Source: Candidatus Pacearchaeota archaeon (GTDB lineage: Archaea; Nanobdellota; Nanobdellia; Pacearchaeales; GW2011-AR1). From it: a stretch of DNA of 64,000 nucleotides. The stretch spans positions 17,028 to 81,027 of the forward strand of contig JAGVXK010000018.1 in NCBI GenBank assembly GCA_018303825.1. Reading direction: 5' to 3'. This document shows, in pieces, positions 36,971 through 47,543 of the stretch; position 1 is the first letter of the stretch; every line of letters begins with the position of its first letter. The translations under genes and the position numbers were made by a program. Under the pieces are notes generated by a model. It saw only the letters and a program-made list of their open reading frames with translations. It did no database searches and had not been told where the DNA came from.

Positions 36971-37078
36971 AAGGTATAAAATAGCAAGATATAGTTTAGT
37001 TAGTTACTAAGTAATTAATTTAATAAGAAAGGTTTTTATACTAATTTATCCAGTATTTTCAGGACAAAAGAGGCCCAA

Positions 37079-37213
37079 ATGAAGAAATATCTGCTTTTAA
37101 TTGAAGATGAAAGCCTATGGGAAAGATTTAAAGAAATAATTGACCGAGATATAAATAGTGAAATAATGAATTTAATCAAAATCAAGATAAAAAATGGCAA
37201 GGAGAGGAAATGA
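37079..37213 (+). CDS. Small RHH-like protein, 44 aa (not in ORF track)
   Basis: MKKYLLLIEDESLWERFKEIIDRDINSEIMNLIKIKIKNGKERK*; ATGA overlap with the next gene. Confidence 0.6.
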   Translation: MKKYLLLIEDESLWERFKEIIDRDINSEIMNLIKIKIKNGKERK

Positions 37214-39045
37214 TAAATAATAAAAGAGCACAGCTGGCAATATTTGTTATTATTGCAATAGTATTGGTCGCCGGGATAGGAGCTTACTTTTTGATAAAAG
37301 GCAAGATTGGACCTGGTGCAGTCAGTTCTGAGTTTTCAAGTGTTTATGAATATTATTCTTCATGCATTCAGGAAAAGACCTCTCAAGCTGTTGATATAGC
37401 GGGAAGCCAGGGCGGGAAAATAGATGTTGGCAATTACATTCTTGGAAGCGAGTATGCTCCATTTTCTTCCCATTTGAACTTTTTGGGTTTTCCAGTCCCC
37501 TATTGGTTTTATGTTTCTGGAAATGGGGTTGTAAAAGAGAATGTCCCTTCTAAGGGCGATATACAGAATGAAATTGCTGATTACATAGAGAATAATATTG
37601 GAAATTGTGATTACGAATCTTTTTATGCAAAAGGTATAACTATTAAATTTGGAAATCCTGTTGTAAAGGCAACTATTAATGATAACAGCGTTTCTGTTAG
37701 TGTGAGTGCAAAAGTTGTAGTTAGCAAAGGTGGTCAGACTTCCAGCAAAAACTCGTATAGTGTTAATGTGAACAGCAAATTTGGAAAGTTTTATGATATC
37801 GCCCAAAATATTTATAATAAAGAAAAGATTGATGCATTTTTGGAAAATTACACAGTTGATGTTTTAAGATTATATGCTCCTGTTGATGGTGTTGAAACAA
37901 GCTGTAGCCCTAAGGTCTGGAAAACATTGGATGTTGAAAATGATTTGAAAGATGGTTTAGAGGCAAACATTGCCGCGATTAAGTTCAGGAGTACAGGGGA
38001 CAAGTATTTTGTTGCCGGAAATGTTGATGAGAATGTTAATTTGATTTATTCAAGGAATTGGCCGACCAAACTGCAGATTATCGGAAATAATGTTGATAAT
38101 GCTTTGATGATTGCACAGCCTCTTGGAAGCGAGCAGGGATTGAATTTGATGGGATTCTGCTATATTCCATATCATTTTGTTTATGATTTAAGTTTCCCAG
38201 TAATGGTGCAGATTTATGATGATAACGAAATCTTCCAGTTTCCAGTGGTTGTTATAATAGATAAGAATGTTCCCAGAACAGCAGAACTTGTTAATTATTC
38301 ACAAGAACAAGATTTTGATCTGTGTGTATTTAAAACGCAGGATGCCACAATTGGAATTTACAATGTTGATTTGAATAGAGTTAATGCAAATCTTACCTAC
38401 AAGTGTTTGAATCAGGAATGCAATCTTGGAGAAACAACCAATGGGGAGTTTACAGGGAAGGTTCCTGCTTGTGTAAATGGACTGGTGGTTGCAAGAGCAA
38501 ATGGATATGCTGAGAAGAAACAAATATTCTCAACTAATTCTGAATCTAGCACACAATTAATTTTAGACAGGGAATATAATGTAGAAGTCAGTGTAGATGT
38601 TGGTTTAAAGGAATTCAATCAAAATGCCATTATTGCTTTTGAAAATAACGATACAGGGCAGATAGTAAGTGCTATTCTTCCAGGTGTTAAAAATGTCAAA
38701 TTGACAGAAGGCAATTATCTTATCAAGGTTTATGCTTACGGGAATTCAAGCATAGTTATTCCAGAAAGCAAGAAGACAGAATGCAGAGATATTCCTAAAC
38801 CAGGTATATTTGGATTCTTTGGAGGCACTGAGGAGAAATGCTTTGATGTGACCATTCCAAGTACAAGAGTAGATTCTGCTCTGATTGGTGGTGGAAAAGT
38901 ATATACATATTTCTTGACAAGTGATTTGGAAAAAGGAAAAATAAAATTAAAAGCAGATGAATTGCCGAAACCAACAACCATTGAACAACTACAATACAAT
39001 TTTGAAAGTTTCGATTCATTAAATTTGGGGGTTGAATTTGAATAA
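37210..39045 (+). CDS. Large pilin-like surface protein, 611 aa, class III signal peptide
   Basis: MINNKRA|QLAIFVIIAIVLVAGIGAYFLI; beta-rich with Cys pairs. Confidence 0.82.
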   Translation: MINNKRAQLAIFVIIAIVLVAGIGAYFLIKGKIGPGAVSSEFSSVYEYYSSCIQEKTSQAVDIAGSQGGKIDVGNYILGSEYAPFSSHLNFLGFPVPYWFYVSGNGVVKENVPSKGDIQNEIADYIENNIGNCDYESFYAKGITIKFGNPVVKATINDNSVSVSVSAKVVVSKGGQTSSKNSYSVNVNSKFGKFYDIAQNIYNKEKIDAFLENYTVDVLRLYAPVDGVETSCSPKVWKTLDVENDLKDGLEANIAAIKFRSTGDKYFVAGNVDENVNLIYSRNWPTKLQIIGNNVDNALMIAQPLGSEQGLNLMGFCYIPYHFVYDLSFPVMVQIYDDNEIFQFPVVVIIDKNVPRTAELVNYSQEQDFDLCVFKTQDATIGIYNVDLNRVNANLTYKCLNQECNLGETTNGEFTGKVPACVNGLVVARANGYAEKKQIFSTNSESSTQLILDREYNVEVSVDVGLKEFNQNAIIAFENNDTGQIVSAILPGVKNVKLTEGNYLIKVYAYGNSSIVIPESKKTECRDIPKPGIFGFFGGTEEKCFDVTIPSTRVDSALIGGGKVYTYFLTSDLEKGKIKLKADELPKPTTIEQLQYNFESFDSLNLGVEFE

Positions 39046-42000
39046 TGGCCTTTAGAAAAGCCCAGGGAAAGCTAAGGTTCATTAGTGAAAGGACGATGGT
39101 CAATAAATTGTTGATGTTGATGTTAATTGTTATAATTGGATTGGTACTTGGAGCTAATTATGTGGGTGCGGATTATACTTCTTCATTCGCAGGATATGGC
39201 AGCAGCTATTCAAGCGCAAGTTATCAATACCAACCAAGCTTTCAGACTTACTATGGAAATGATGTGAATACTTATTGGCCCATATTAAATGATAAAGATG
39301 TCTGCAAAGCAAGGCAGGATATGCTTTTACAAGTATCACCTGCAGGATGCCAGCCAATGGTTGTGAGAAGCGATTTATTGGCTGATCAGAATGTGCCGGT
39401 ATTTTGCCAGATTGATGCACTGCAGGTTAATCCTTTGATTGACATAAAAGAAATCAAAAACATAAATTTCAGAGGAAATTATCCCAAAGAAGTTGCAGGA
39501 GTTGGATTTCATCCAGCAAGGGCTGCATTGAATACAAGAGACAGGCTTCTAGGAAGTCCATTAATAAATAACATTGGATATGTGGTAGTTATCCTTAAAC
39601 AAACTAAGAACGAGAGCTCATTGCCTAAATTCGTTAATCTGACTTTGACTGGAAAGTTAGAATATAATGCAGGAAATGCATATGGAATAGGCACAAATGA
39701 ATTTTATCTTGAGCCTACAGATGATAATCAATGGGAAAATGCGAAGATCGCGAATAGTTTTTGGAATGGAAGATATTTCATAAGATTATATGATGTCGAT
39801 GAAACTTCTGCTTTAGTCTCGATATATGATGGGGACAGGGAAATTTCTAAGACGAGAATAAAACTTGGAGAGACTTCAGCTCCAATGTATCTTCCTGGAA
39901 GTTACTGTTCTTTTGGTCTGACGACAACTTATACAGGGCTTGCACAGTCTGATAAAAAAGCCAGAATAGAGATAAGCGATGAAAAAGGAACAAATAATCT
40001 TGATGTTTATCAGGGAAGCGAGTTTTTGAATGGAAGATGCAGAGTGAGCGAGATATTAGTAGATTCACAGACAGGAAGCACGGGAAGTGTAAAGATTGCA
40101 TGCGATAGTGATTTGATAAAATTGGAAATGAGGCCAAATCTATATGTTGAGAATCTGCCGTATGGAAGAACAAGTTTCAATGACATAGGAGCGAATAAGC
40201 AGGAATGCAAAGTTGATTTCAACGATGAAAAGAGTTATAGAATAACAAGAGATGTGGTTAAGGAAGCCAGCGGTGATTCTTATAGTTCCTGGACTACTTT
40301 GGAGATTTACAGTAATGATAAAAAAGATTGGACAAGTAGTTTCAGCTTGGATGATGCAACTAAAGACAAGATAAGGAATGCACTTGCGAATGCATGTGAT
40401 TTCAGAGATGATAAATTCTTGACTTCTGATGGAAAAACAGTCAATGATGTTGCAGAGAAAGCGTTCAATGATGCAATTGATTCATATGAAGAAGTTGCGA
40501 AGGATTATACTTCTGAGAGACAGGCTGCTACAGAGGGAGTTGCCAGATATGGAGAACTGGCATTAAGAGCTGCTCTTGATTTGGTTCAAGAGGCAACTTC
40601 AAAGAATTACGCAAAGAAGGAAACAAAATCAAGGTTATTGAATTTGTTCATTAGTTTATATCCTGAGAGTGCAAAGTTATATCAGAGCCAGAGGGATGCA
40701 CTATATCAATTAGATTCTAGTATCTCAACTAAATCTGTGAATGTCGATAATAAGTTCAGGACAATAAGACTTGTAAGCTTAAATAATCCTGAAAGCGCAA
40801 ATGAAAAGGCGAAGGCTAAGTTTACTTATGGCGGCAGAATTCTTGAATTAGTTAAAGGAGAAGCTAAGCCATTAAAGACAAATGCAATGATTAATGTCAC
40901 AAGCTTCGATGCTTTGCATGCAACTATAAGAACCAACTGCGTTACAAAGGATAATGGATATGAAATAAAGACTGAAAGCGGGAAGCCAGTCTATCAGTCT
41001 TCTATAACTCTCAGCCTTGGAGAAAGCGAGAATGTGTGCGGAGAGCCTCTTGTCTTCAAAGATACTGATTTGAAGAAAGTTGCTAAGATAAGAATCAGCC
41101 CTACTGCGTATGGCCCTGAAACAGAGACAAATATATCTGTCAAGATTGGAATTGAAAAGAGAGCAATACAATTGAGTCCTGAAAAGACAAAAGATATGAT
41201 TCTTAATATAAATAAGAGCATACAAAAATGGGAAAGCATTTCAAAGAGTTTAGTAAAGGTAGAAACAGGGTTGAAGGCAGCTTGTTTTGCAACTTCTGCT
41301 GTGCTGACTGTCAAGACTTTCCTTTATGGGATAGATGGAACTGCCACCGCAAGACAGAAAGTGATGACTGGAGATTATGGGTGGAACAAGAGATGCAACG
41401 ATGCGATAACTAAGAAGTGGCTTGATGTAAATGCAAATGGTGGAGAATTTGAACAGGGAATAGACAAGAATGTTAATTATGGAAGCATAATACAATGCAT
41501 AAATGATAATACTGCATCAATTGAAAAGGATGTTCAAACTACGAAGAATGCTCTGGTAGATACAAATAAAGTTGTGAAGGTTGCTCAGGATAGCGCCACC
41601 ACTAAGGGAATATTAAATCAAGATTTGGCTACCAAGGCAATGATAGATAAAATAGGAGCAGACTGCAAGCAATTTATAGAATTGCTTCCTGCAGTTGTTA
41701 GAGATTCAAAGACTACAATTTATCCAGTTACATTATCTCAATCTAGAGATATTTATGCGAATTGCCTGATGCTGAAACAGAATCCGAATGATCAGAATGC
41801 TCTTCTTTCTATGAAATCATTTTCAGAAAATGCGAAAAATACAATGACAGATTATGAGAAATTTGCAAGGTCTCAGGCATCAAATGATATTCTCCCTATA
41901 AATACTGGAACTGGAACAGCATTGAAAGGGAAGTTCTACCCAATTGTAGGAAATACCATTGGAGAAATACCAGTAAGCGGGGCGAGCATACCAGCAGGAG

Positions 42001-45000
42001 CAACTCATGCAGTAAGATTAGATAATCCCGCAACTATAGAATATGATAATGGCATCTGGGGCAAAGTATCTATTGGAGCACCATTTATAGTTGTTGGAAC
42101 AGAATTGAATGGGAAGTTGCGACCTCTCGATGTATTCAAGTATGAACCTAAGTTTGAAAATGGAAAAGTGACTTCTGCAGTTATTTCTCAGATACCAAGT
42201 GAGAGTTATCAGGGTTCTAGTGGTGCTAGTTTGTTTATGTCAAAAAATGGCTATACAGGATTTGAAGAATTCGGGCAAGGACTTTATGGAAATACTATAA
42301 GAGAACAGGACAGAGCAGTATTATATTTTATATCTGGGCCCGATAAGGATTTGCCAAGCCAGGTTCCATTTGATGTTAACAATGGATGGTATGTAAAGGT
42401 TCAGGCGAGTTCATTTAGTCTTGGGAGCAATGCAGTAAAGAGTTATGATGCTTCTGGATTGCCTAAAGACTGGCAGATATGCAATGTTGGAAGCGATGGA
42501 ATGATAGGAAGTAATGATGATTGCCAGGCATTTAATCAGGCTTCTCTTGGAGCTACTATTCTTGGATTAGATGCAAAAACTTCGCAGGATTTGGTGCAGA
42601 AGTCCCAAAAAGCAATTTTGGATGCTGCTTCTCAAAAGAATACAAATACAAAACAAGTGAGCATATTTGGGCAGCCAATGAGAGTTGATTTCCAGAATCC
42701 AATGGAGAATGTACAATGCTCTAACTTTATGACTGCCGGAGATTGTAAATTATTATTCAATGTCTGCGACCCAGTTATATGTCCTGCGAGCAGATGCAAT
42801 CTTGGAGGGGCTTATAGGGTAGCGAATGTTCAACAGACAGGAATTGTGGGCTCTGCATTATTGTGTTTGCCAAATGCAAGAGAAGGAATTCTTCTTCCTG
42901 TTTGCGTTTCGGGAATTAGAAATGGAATCGATGCTTATGTTTCTTTATTGAAACAACATAGAGATTGTTTACAGCAGAATTTAGACACTGGAGAATTAGT
43001 TGGAGTTTGCGATGAAATACAATCTATTTATACTTGCGAGTTCTTCTGGAGACAGGTGGCTCCTATTGCTAGTATGTTATTGCCTAAATTGGTTGAAAAT
43101 GTTTATTCTGGAGGACAGGGAACAGGTGTTAATGGGGGAGGAGAATATTTATTCGTTCCTCAAGCATGGGATAATGCAAAGAATAGCATGGACTACTTTA
43201 CTAATTATTATGCGGAGAATACATTTAAAGCATTCCAAATAAGAAGTGTTGAAGAAGCAGGAACAGAAGTTTGCAGAGGATTTGTTTCTTTGAAAGCTCC
43301 AACATCTATAAAGACTTTATTAGAACCGGATAGTCCTCCTCAGTTTTATGCAAGATTTGATTCAACCACTTTCTCGACGGTAACTGTGCCTGCCACTGCA
43401 CAGTATAAAGTATTTTACTTTATCAATGCAGGAAATGATGCAGGAGTTTATTATTCAGTTTATTTGAAGAGTCCTCCTGAATCAGGATATTATTATTCAA
43501 ATCCAACAATTCAGATAGCAAATGGATATATTTCTAAAGGACAAAGTTCGAGTCAGACTTTGGATAAGACTGCTCCTGAAGGATATAAAGAGCTATGTGT
43601 AAGAATAAATAATGAAGAAGAATGCGGGTTCAAACAGGTTTCAACAGACTTCAGCGTAAATTATCTTAGAGACCAGTACGCAAAAGACCAGCTTACTAAC
43701 ACAAATATTCAAACTCAGGCAGAATGTGTATCTGGAACATCTAGTCTTGCAGCTGTTGGGGCTAATTTGAACTTGCAGTCTGCCGCTCAGGAGGCGGCAA
43801 TGCCTGATATTTCTCAGAGAGGGATAGTAAGAATATGTGCAACATTGAATCCTGGAGGTAGCACAGACCCTACAAGATATATTCCTGTTGGAATTTGCGG
43901 CGATGCTAATTTGAAGTGCTGGCTCGACAAGACAAGTGTAAACAATGCAATAACTGATGCTAATCTCGGAGTGAAGAATGCAACCTTACAAGAGTTAGAG
44001 CAAACGAATATTGATGCTCTTATTGCACAAGGAGAAATTCTAAATAATGAAGTGGCTGTTTCAAGCATAAAAGAAATAAATAACAGAAAAGATATTTTAA
44101 GGGCGAATTTAGATTCTAATAAGAATATTATCAGCGATGCACAAGCCTTGGAATTGTCAATTAATGATTTGTATGGCAAGCTGGTATTGAATAATCATAA
44201 GGCATGGCTGTTGCTTATAAGGGCTGAGGTAAAAGCAATGGAAGCTGAATATTATATGAAGAATATAGCTACAAAGACATTACCTTTAAGCAGAGTCAGC
44301 AGCACAACAACCGCTGGAATAACACAAACACATAGCATAAGTTTTGCCCAGGATATAGATGCTGCAACAGGAATGGATGTCACAAGAATATTTATAGATA
44401 GAAACCCTGACAGTTATTATTATATCTATAATGATCCTGAAAGAGGAAATATATTATACACTAATAAAATAAGTGGACCAAATACTCAAGAAGATAATCA
44501 GGTTGGAACAGTAGACAGAAGCAATATAATACAAGTTTATGCGAGTTATGCAGGAGATACAGATTTAAGCGTAATAAATGGGCAGAGATTAACATTTGAT
44601 AATTCTGGAATTCCGCAAGCATTAACAGTGAAAACAACTGCTCCTGCGGCGTCAGCAGCTGCAACAACTGCAAATGAATTAGTATTTACTTTCCAAGATG
44701 GCACAATTTCTTGGAACTTAGAATATAGATTTCACAATGGTAAATGGCAGGCTACAAATGGGGGTGTACTTACAACAATACCTAATCCTTTACCACAAAG
44801 TTATAGAGATGCGTTTACTGCTACCACTGTTGCAAGTATGGAAAAACTTTCTAAAGCAAGTTCGCTTCAGGAAGGATTGAAGATATTAATAGATAGAACA
44901 TTGGCAAATAATGAAGGAGGATGGTTTGCAAATACTGATTTACTTGCTGGCAAATTCGATTTGGATAGTAAGGGAGAGTTTACAAGTTCTTCTATTAGTG

Positions 45001-45200
45001 GGATTAATTCCATTTATCGATATGGTTCGAATGGGTGGGAATATTATGCTTCAGGCACAAATCGTGTCTGGATTCCGGTAAAGGATTTAGTTATTTCTAA
45101 GGATAAGATGAATCTTGTTTTTGACAGTGATAAGACTCTTGTTAATCAATTATCAAATCAAGATTTCTATGGTGGTGCGTTGATATTGTTTAGTTCTTAA
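39045..45200 (+). CDS. Giant secreted Cys-rich protein, 2051 aa
   Basis: N-terminal signal MVNKLLMLMLIVIIGLVLGANYVGA; Cys clusters (CSNFMTAGDCKLLFNVCDPVICPASRC); TAATG coupling to the upstream gene. Confidence 0.85.
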   Translation: MAFRKAQGKLRFISERTMVNKLLMLMLIVIIGLVLGANYVGADYTSSFAGYGSSYSSASYQYQPSFQTYYGNDVNTYWPILNDKDVCKARQDMLLQVSPAGCQPMVVRSDLLADQNVPVFCQIDALQVNPLIDIKEIKNINFRGNYPKEVAGVGFHPARAALNTRDRLLGSPLINNIGYVVVILKQTKNESSLPKFVNLTLTGKLEYNAGNAYGIGTNEFYLEPTDDNQWENAKIANSFWNGRYFIRLYDVDETSALVSIYDGDREISKTRIKLGETSAPMYLPGSYCSFGLTTTYTGLAQSDKKARIEISDEKGTNNLDVYQGSEFLNGRCRVSEILVDSQTGSTGSVKIACDSDLIKLEMRPNLYVENLPYGRTSFNDIGANKQECKVDFNDEKSYRITRDVVKEASGDSYSSWTTLEIYSNDKKDWTSSFSLDDATKDKIRNALANACDFRDDKFLTSDGKTVNDVAEKAFNDAIDSYEEVAKDYTSERQAATEGVARYGELALRAALDLVQEATSKNYAKKETKSRLLNLFISLYPESAKLYQSQRDALYQLDSSISTKSVNVDNKFRTIRLVSLNNPESANEKAKAKFTYGGRILELVKGEAKPLKTNAMINVTSFDALHATIRTNCVTKDNGYEIKTESGKPVYQSSITLSLGESENVCGEPLVFKDTDLKKVAKIRISPTAYGPETETNISVKIGIEKRAIQLSPEKTKDMILNINKSIQKWESISKSLVKVETGLKAACFATSAVLTVKTFLYGIDGTATARQKVMTGDYGWNKRCNDAITKKWLDVNANGGEFEQGIDKNVNYGSIIQCINDNTASIEKDVQTTKNALVDTNKVVKVAQDSATTKGILNQDLATKAMIDKIGADCKQFIELLPAVVRDSKTTIYPVTLSQSRDIYANCLMLKQNPNDQNALLSMKSFSENAKNTMTDYEKFARSQASNDILPINTGTGTALKGKFYPIVGNTIGEIPVSGASIPAGATHAVRLDNPATIEYDNGIWGKVSIGAPFIVVGTELNGKLRPLDVFKYEPKFENGKVTSAVISQIPSESYQGSSGASLFMSKNGYTGFEEFGQGLYGNTIREQDRAVLYFISGPDKDLPSQVPFDVNNGWYVKVQASSFSLGSNAVKSYDASGLPKDWQICNVGSDGMIGSNDDCQAFNQASLGATILGLDAKTSQDLVQKSQKAILDAASQKNTNTKQVSIFGQPMRVDFQNPMENVQCSNFMTAGDCKLLFNVCDPVICPASRCNLGGAYRVANVQQTGIVGSALLCLPNAREGILLPVCVSGIRNGIDAYVSLLKQHRDCLQQNLDTGELVGVCDEIQSIYTCEFFWRQVAPIASMLLPKLVENVYSGGQGTGVNGGGEYLFVPQAWDNAKNSMDYFTNYYAENTFKAFQIRSVEEAGTEVCRGFVSLKAPTSIKTLLEPDSPPQFYARFDSTTFSTVTVPATAQYKVFYFINAGNDAGVYYSVYLKSPPESGYYYSNPTIQIANGYISKGQSSSQTLDKTAPEGYKELCVRINNEEECGFKQVSTDFSVNYLRDQYAKDQLTNTNIQTQAECVSGTSSLAAVGANLNLQSAAQEAAMPDISQRGIVRICATLNPGGSTDPTRYIPVGICGDANLKCWLDKTSVNNAITDANLGVKNATLQELEQTNIDALIAQGEILNNEVAVSSIKEINNRKDILRANLDSNKNIISDAQALELSINDLYGKLVLNNHKAWLLLIRAEVKAMEAEYYMKNIATKTLPLSRVSSTTTAGITQTHSISFAQDIDAATGMDVTRIFIDRNPDSYYYIYNDPERGNILYTNKISGPNTQEDNQVGTVDRSNIIQVYASYAGDTDLSVINGQRLTFDNSGIPQALTVKTTAPAASAAATTANELVFTFQDGTISWNLEYRFHNGKWQATNGGVLTTIPNPLPQSYRDAFTATTVASMEKLSKASSLQEGLKILIDRTLANNEGGWFANTDLLAGKFDLDSKGEFTSSSISGINSIYRYGSNGWEYYASGTNRVWIPVKDLVISKDKMNLVFDSDKTLVNQLSNQDFYGGALILFSS

Positions 45201-45229
45201 TGATATTGTTGAATATATTAAAAGTGTGA

Positions 45230-45242
45230 GATGCGGGGACTA
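45230..45242. repeat. att-like copy of the tRNA-Leu 3' end
   Basis: Identical to 51776-51788. Confidence 0.75.
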
Positions 45243-45327
45243 AACCCTGCATTGGTTGGCATTTTAATGGGTTTGATTTTCTCTTGTGATAAGTAAGGTT
45301 TAAATAGCATATGTATTATTTTTACAT

Positions 45328-45702
45328 ATGCTACAAAGATACATATTAGAGCATGCTCATAAACATGGATTGTCTGAGAATGAGATTTATTTCACATATA
45401 AAATCTTTTTTGGCACGCTTGTTTCAGAGTCGAGATTAAGGATAATCAATCTTTTGAGAAGTGGGGAAAAGAATGTCTCAGAGATAATAAAAGAATTGAA
45501 TATGAATCAATCAAATGTATCGCATGATCTTTTCAGGCTAAAAAAATGTGGTTTTGTACTCGTTGAGGCTAAAAAGCAATATAGATATTATAAGCTTAAT
45601 GAAAAGACAATTAGACCACTTATGGCTTTGATAGATAAACACATGGCCGAATATTGCATCCACATATTCAGAGCAGACAAGGAGACTAAAAATGGAGAAT
45701 AA
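45328..45702 (+). CDS. ArsR/SmtB-family transcriptional regulator
   Basis: SRLRIINLL..KNVSEI..QSNVSHDLFRLKKCGFV..RYYKL; C-terminal HMAEYC. Confidence 0.9.
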   Translation: MLQRYILEHAHKHGLSENEIYFTYKIFFGTLVSESRLRIINLLRSGEKNVSEIIKELNMNQSNVSHDLFRLKKCGFVLVEAKKQYRYYKLNEKTIRPLMALIDKHMAEYCIHIFRADKETKNGE

Positions 45703-46183
45703 AAATGTTGGATGGATGTTATTAGGAATATCTGTTGTAATAGGAGTATTTATCTTTTTATTCAATAGCACATTGATGGGGGCTGTAAAAAATGCCTGTT
45801 TTATACAGCACGGAGATTTCAAATCTTGCGAGATGTATGACAGTGTGAATTATCAGACTTATTTTGCTCTTGGTATCACGGGTATAATGGTAATTGTCAG
45901 TTTGTTTCTGATATTCTCGAAGTCGAACGAAAAGATAATAGTCAAGAAAGTAAAAGAGAAGAAGATTCAAAAAGAAGTCAATCTTTCATCTTTTAGACCT
46001 GAAGAAAAGCAAGTTTATAATCTTGTCAAAGAAAATGGTGCTATTTTTCAGGGAGATTTAATTGAAAAGACTGAATTTAGCAAAGCCAAAATGACAAGGA
46101 TTGTTGACAAACTTGAGGGCAGCGGTCTTGTGGAAAGAAAAAGAAGGGGCATGACGAATGTTGTCGTGCTAAAGGAAGATTAA
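45692..46183 (+). CDS. Membrane-anchored winged-HTH (MarR-like) protein
   Basis: Two TMs flanking CFIQHGDFKSC; C-terminal GAIFQGDL..SKAKMTRIVDKLEGSGLVERKRRGMTN. Confidence 0.82.
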   Translation: MENKNVGWMLLGISVVIGVFIFLFNSTLMGAVKNACFIQHGDFKSCEMYDSVNYQTYFALGITGIMVIVSLFLIFSKSNEKIIVKKVKEKKIQKEVNLSSFRPEEKQVYNLVKENGAIFQGDLIEKTEFSKAKMTRIVDKLEGSGLVERKRRGMTNVVVLKED

Positions 46184-46198
46184 TAAGATGGAGAAATC

Positions 46199-46441
46199 AT
46201 GAAAGAAAAAGAAAGCAATATTGTCCTTGCAGTAGTGATTGTTTTAGTTATCTTGTTATTTTTTGGAGGATTTGGCATGATGGGTTTTTGGGGAGCAGGA
46301 ATGATAAGTGGATTTTTTGGTGGATTTGGGTTTATGTGGATATTTGGATGGATGATTACGATATTAATATTAGTGGCTCTAATCCTATTCATTTTGTGGT
46401 TAGTTAAACAGTTACAAGGAGGTAAAAAGAAAAATGGGTGA
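46199..46441 (+). CDS. Small Gly/Met/Phe-rich membrane protein
   Basis: FGGFGMMGFWGAGM..GGFGFMWIFG between two TMs. Confidence 0.72.
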   Translation: MKEKESNIVLAVVIVLVILLFFGGFGMMGFWGAGMISGFFGGFGFMWIFGWMITILILVALILFILWLVKQLQGGKKKNG

Positions 46442-46697
46442 TAAATTAGATGCGAAAAAGGCAGGATTAGCTTTGGCTATTGTAGCAGGTATTGCTTATA
46501 TTGCCTGTGCGATATTAGTTGCAGTTGCGCCGCTGGGAACAGTCAATGTGCTCGGGGCCTTATTTCATGGGATAGATATAAGCGAGATAGCAACTACACC
46601 AACTCTTGGAAGAACATTTTTGGGATTGATTGAGATATTTGTACTTGGTTATATTCTCGGCTGGTTGTTCGGAGTTATTTACAATAAAATAAAGTAG
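46434..46697 (+). CDS. DUF5676-like membrane protein
   Basis: AYIACAILV..LFHGID..GWLFGVIYN. Confidence 0.72.
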   Translation: MGDKLDAKKAGLALAIVAGIAYIACAILVAVAPLGTVNVLGALFHGIDISEIATTPTLGRTFLGLIEIFVLGYILGWLFGVIYNKIK

Positions 46698-46741
46698 TTT
46701 TGCGAACATTTATATTTGTTATTTTTTATATATTTGCAAAG

Positions 46742-47455
46742 ATGACAGAATTAAGTAATTTTTTTAATCCTTGGATGGTATTTAGCATGATATTTTTACT
46801 AATTTGGATTATATTTTTTGTTTTCGCTAAAAAATCGAGGAAAGAGATGTTTTTGACAAGCATTCTAACAGCTCCATTTGGTTTAACAGAGATTTTATTT
46901 GTTCCCGAATATTGGAACCCTCCATCTTTATTCAATCTCGCAGCAAAAACACGATTTGATATAGAAAGCATAATATGGTGTTTTGCTGTCGGAGGAATTG
47001 CAGCAATTTTATTTGAATCTATATTCAAAGTAAGACACATTAAAATGAAGGACAAAGAGAGGCATAAAACAAGGCATAAATGGCACTTATTTACTTTAAT
47101 ATTGCCAATTCCAGTATTTTTAATTTTATTTTTCACTACATCACTAAATCCTATCTATACTTCAAGCATTTCAATGCTTGCTGGTGCAATTGGCTCACTC
47201 TATTGCCGTCCTGATTTAAAGAGAAAAATACTTTTTGGAGGTTTGTTATTTTTAGTTTTGTACTTTATAGCTTTCTTTTTGCTCGTTTTATTTTATCCAG
47301 GAATAGTAGAAAGTGTCTGGAACTTAAATGCTATATCTGGAATTCTTGTTCTTGGAGTGCCGTTAGAAGAATTAATATTTGCATTTACTTTTGGCATGAT
47401 GTGGAGCAGCGTTTATGAGCATATTAGATGGTATAAATTATTGAGTTACCATTAA
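46742..47455 (+). CDS. Lycopene cyclase-domain membrane protein
   Basis: PEYWNP..DIESIIWCF..GVPLEELIFAF. Confidence 0.75.
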   Translation: MTELSNFFNPWMVFSMIFLLIWIIFFVFAKKSRKEMFLTSILTAPFGLTEILFVPEYWNPPSLFNLAAKTRFDIESIIWCFAVGGIAAILFESIFKVRHIKMKDKERHKTRHKWHLFTLILPIPVFLILFFTTSLNPIYTSSISMLAGAIGSLYCRPDLKRKILFGGLLFLVLYFIAFFLLVLFYPGIVESVWNLNAISGILVLGVPLEELIFAFTFGMMWSSVYEHIRWYKLLSYH

Positions 47456-47543
47456 ACTATTTGTGACTAATTTCTTCTTTTAAAATGTATGGTGGAACTA
47501 GTTCCGCAAAAGTGCATATATAATTCAATTTCTTGGAAAAGTC

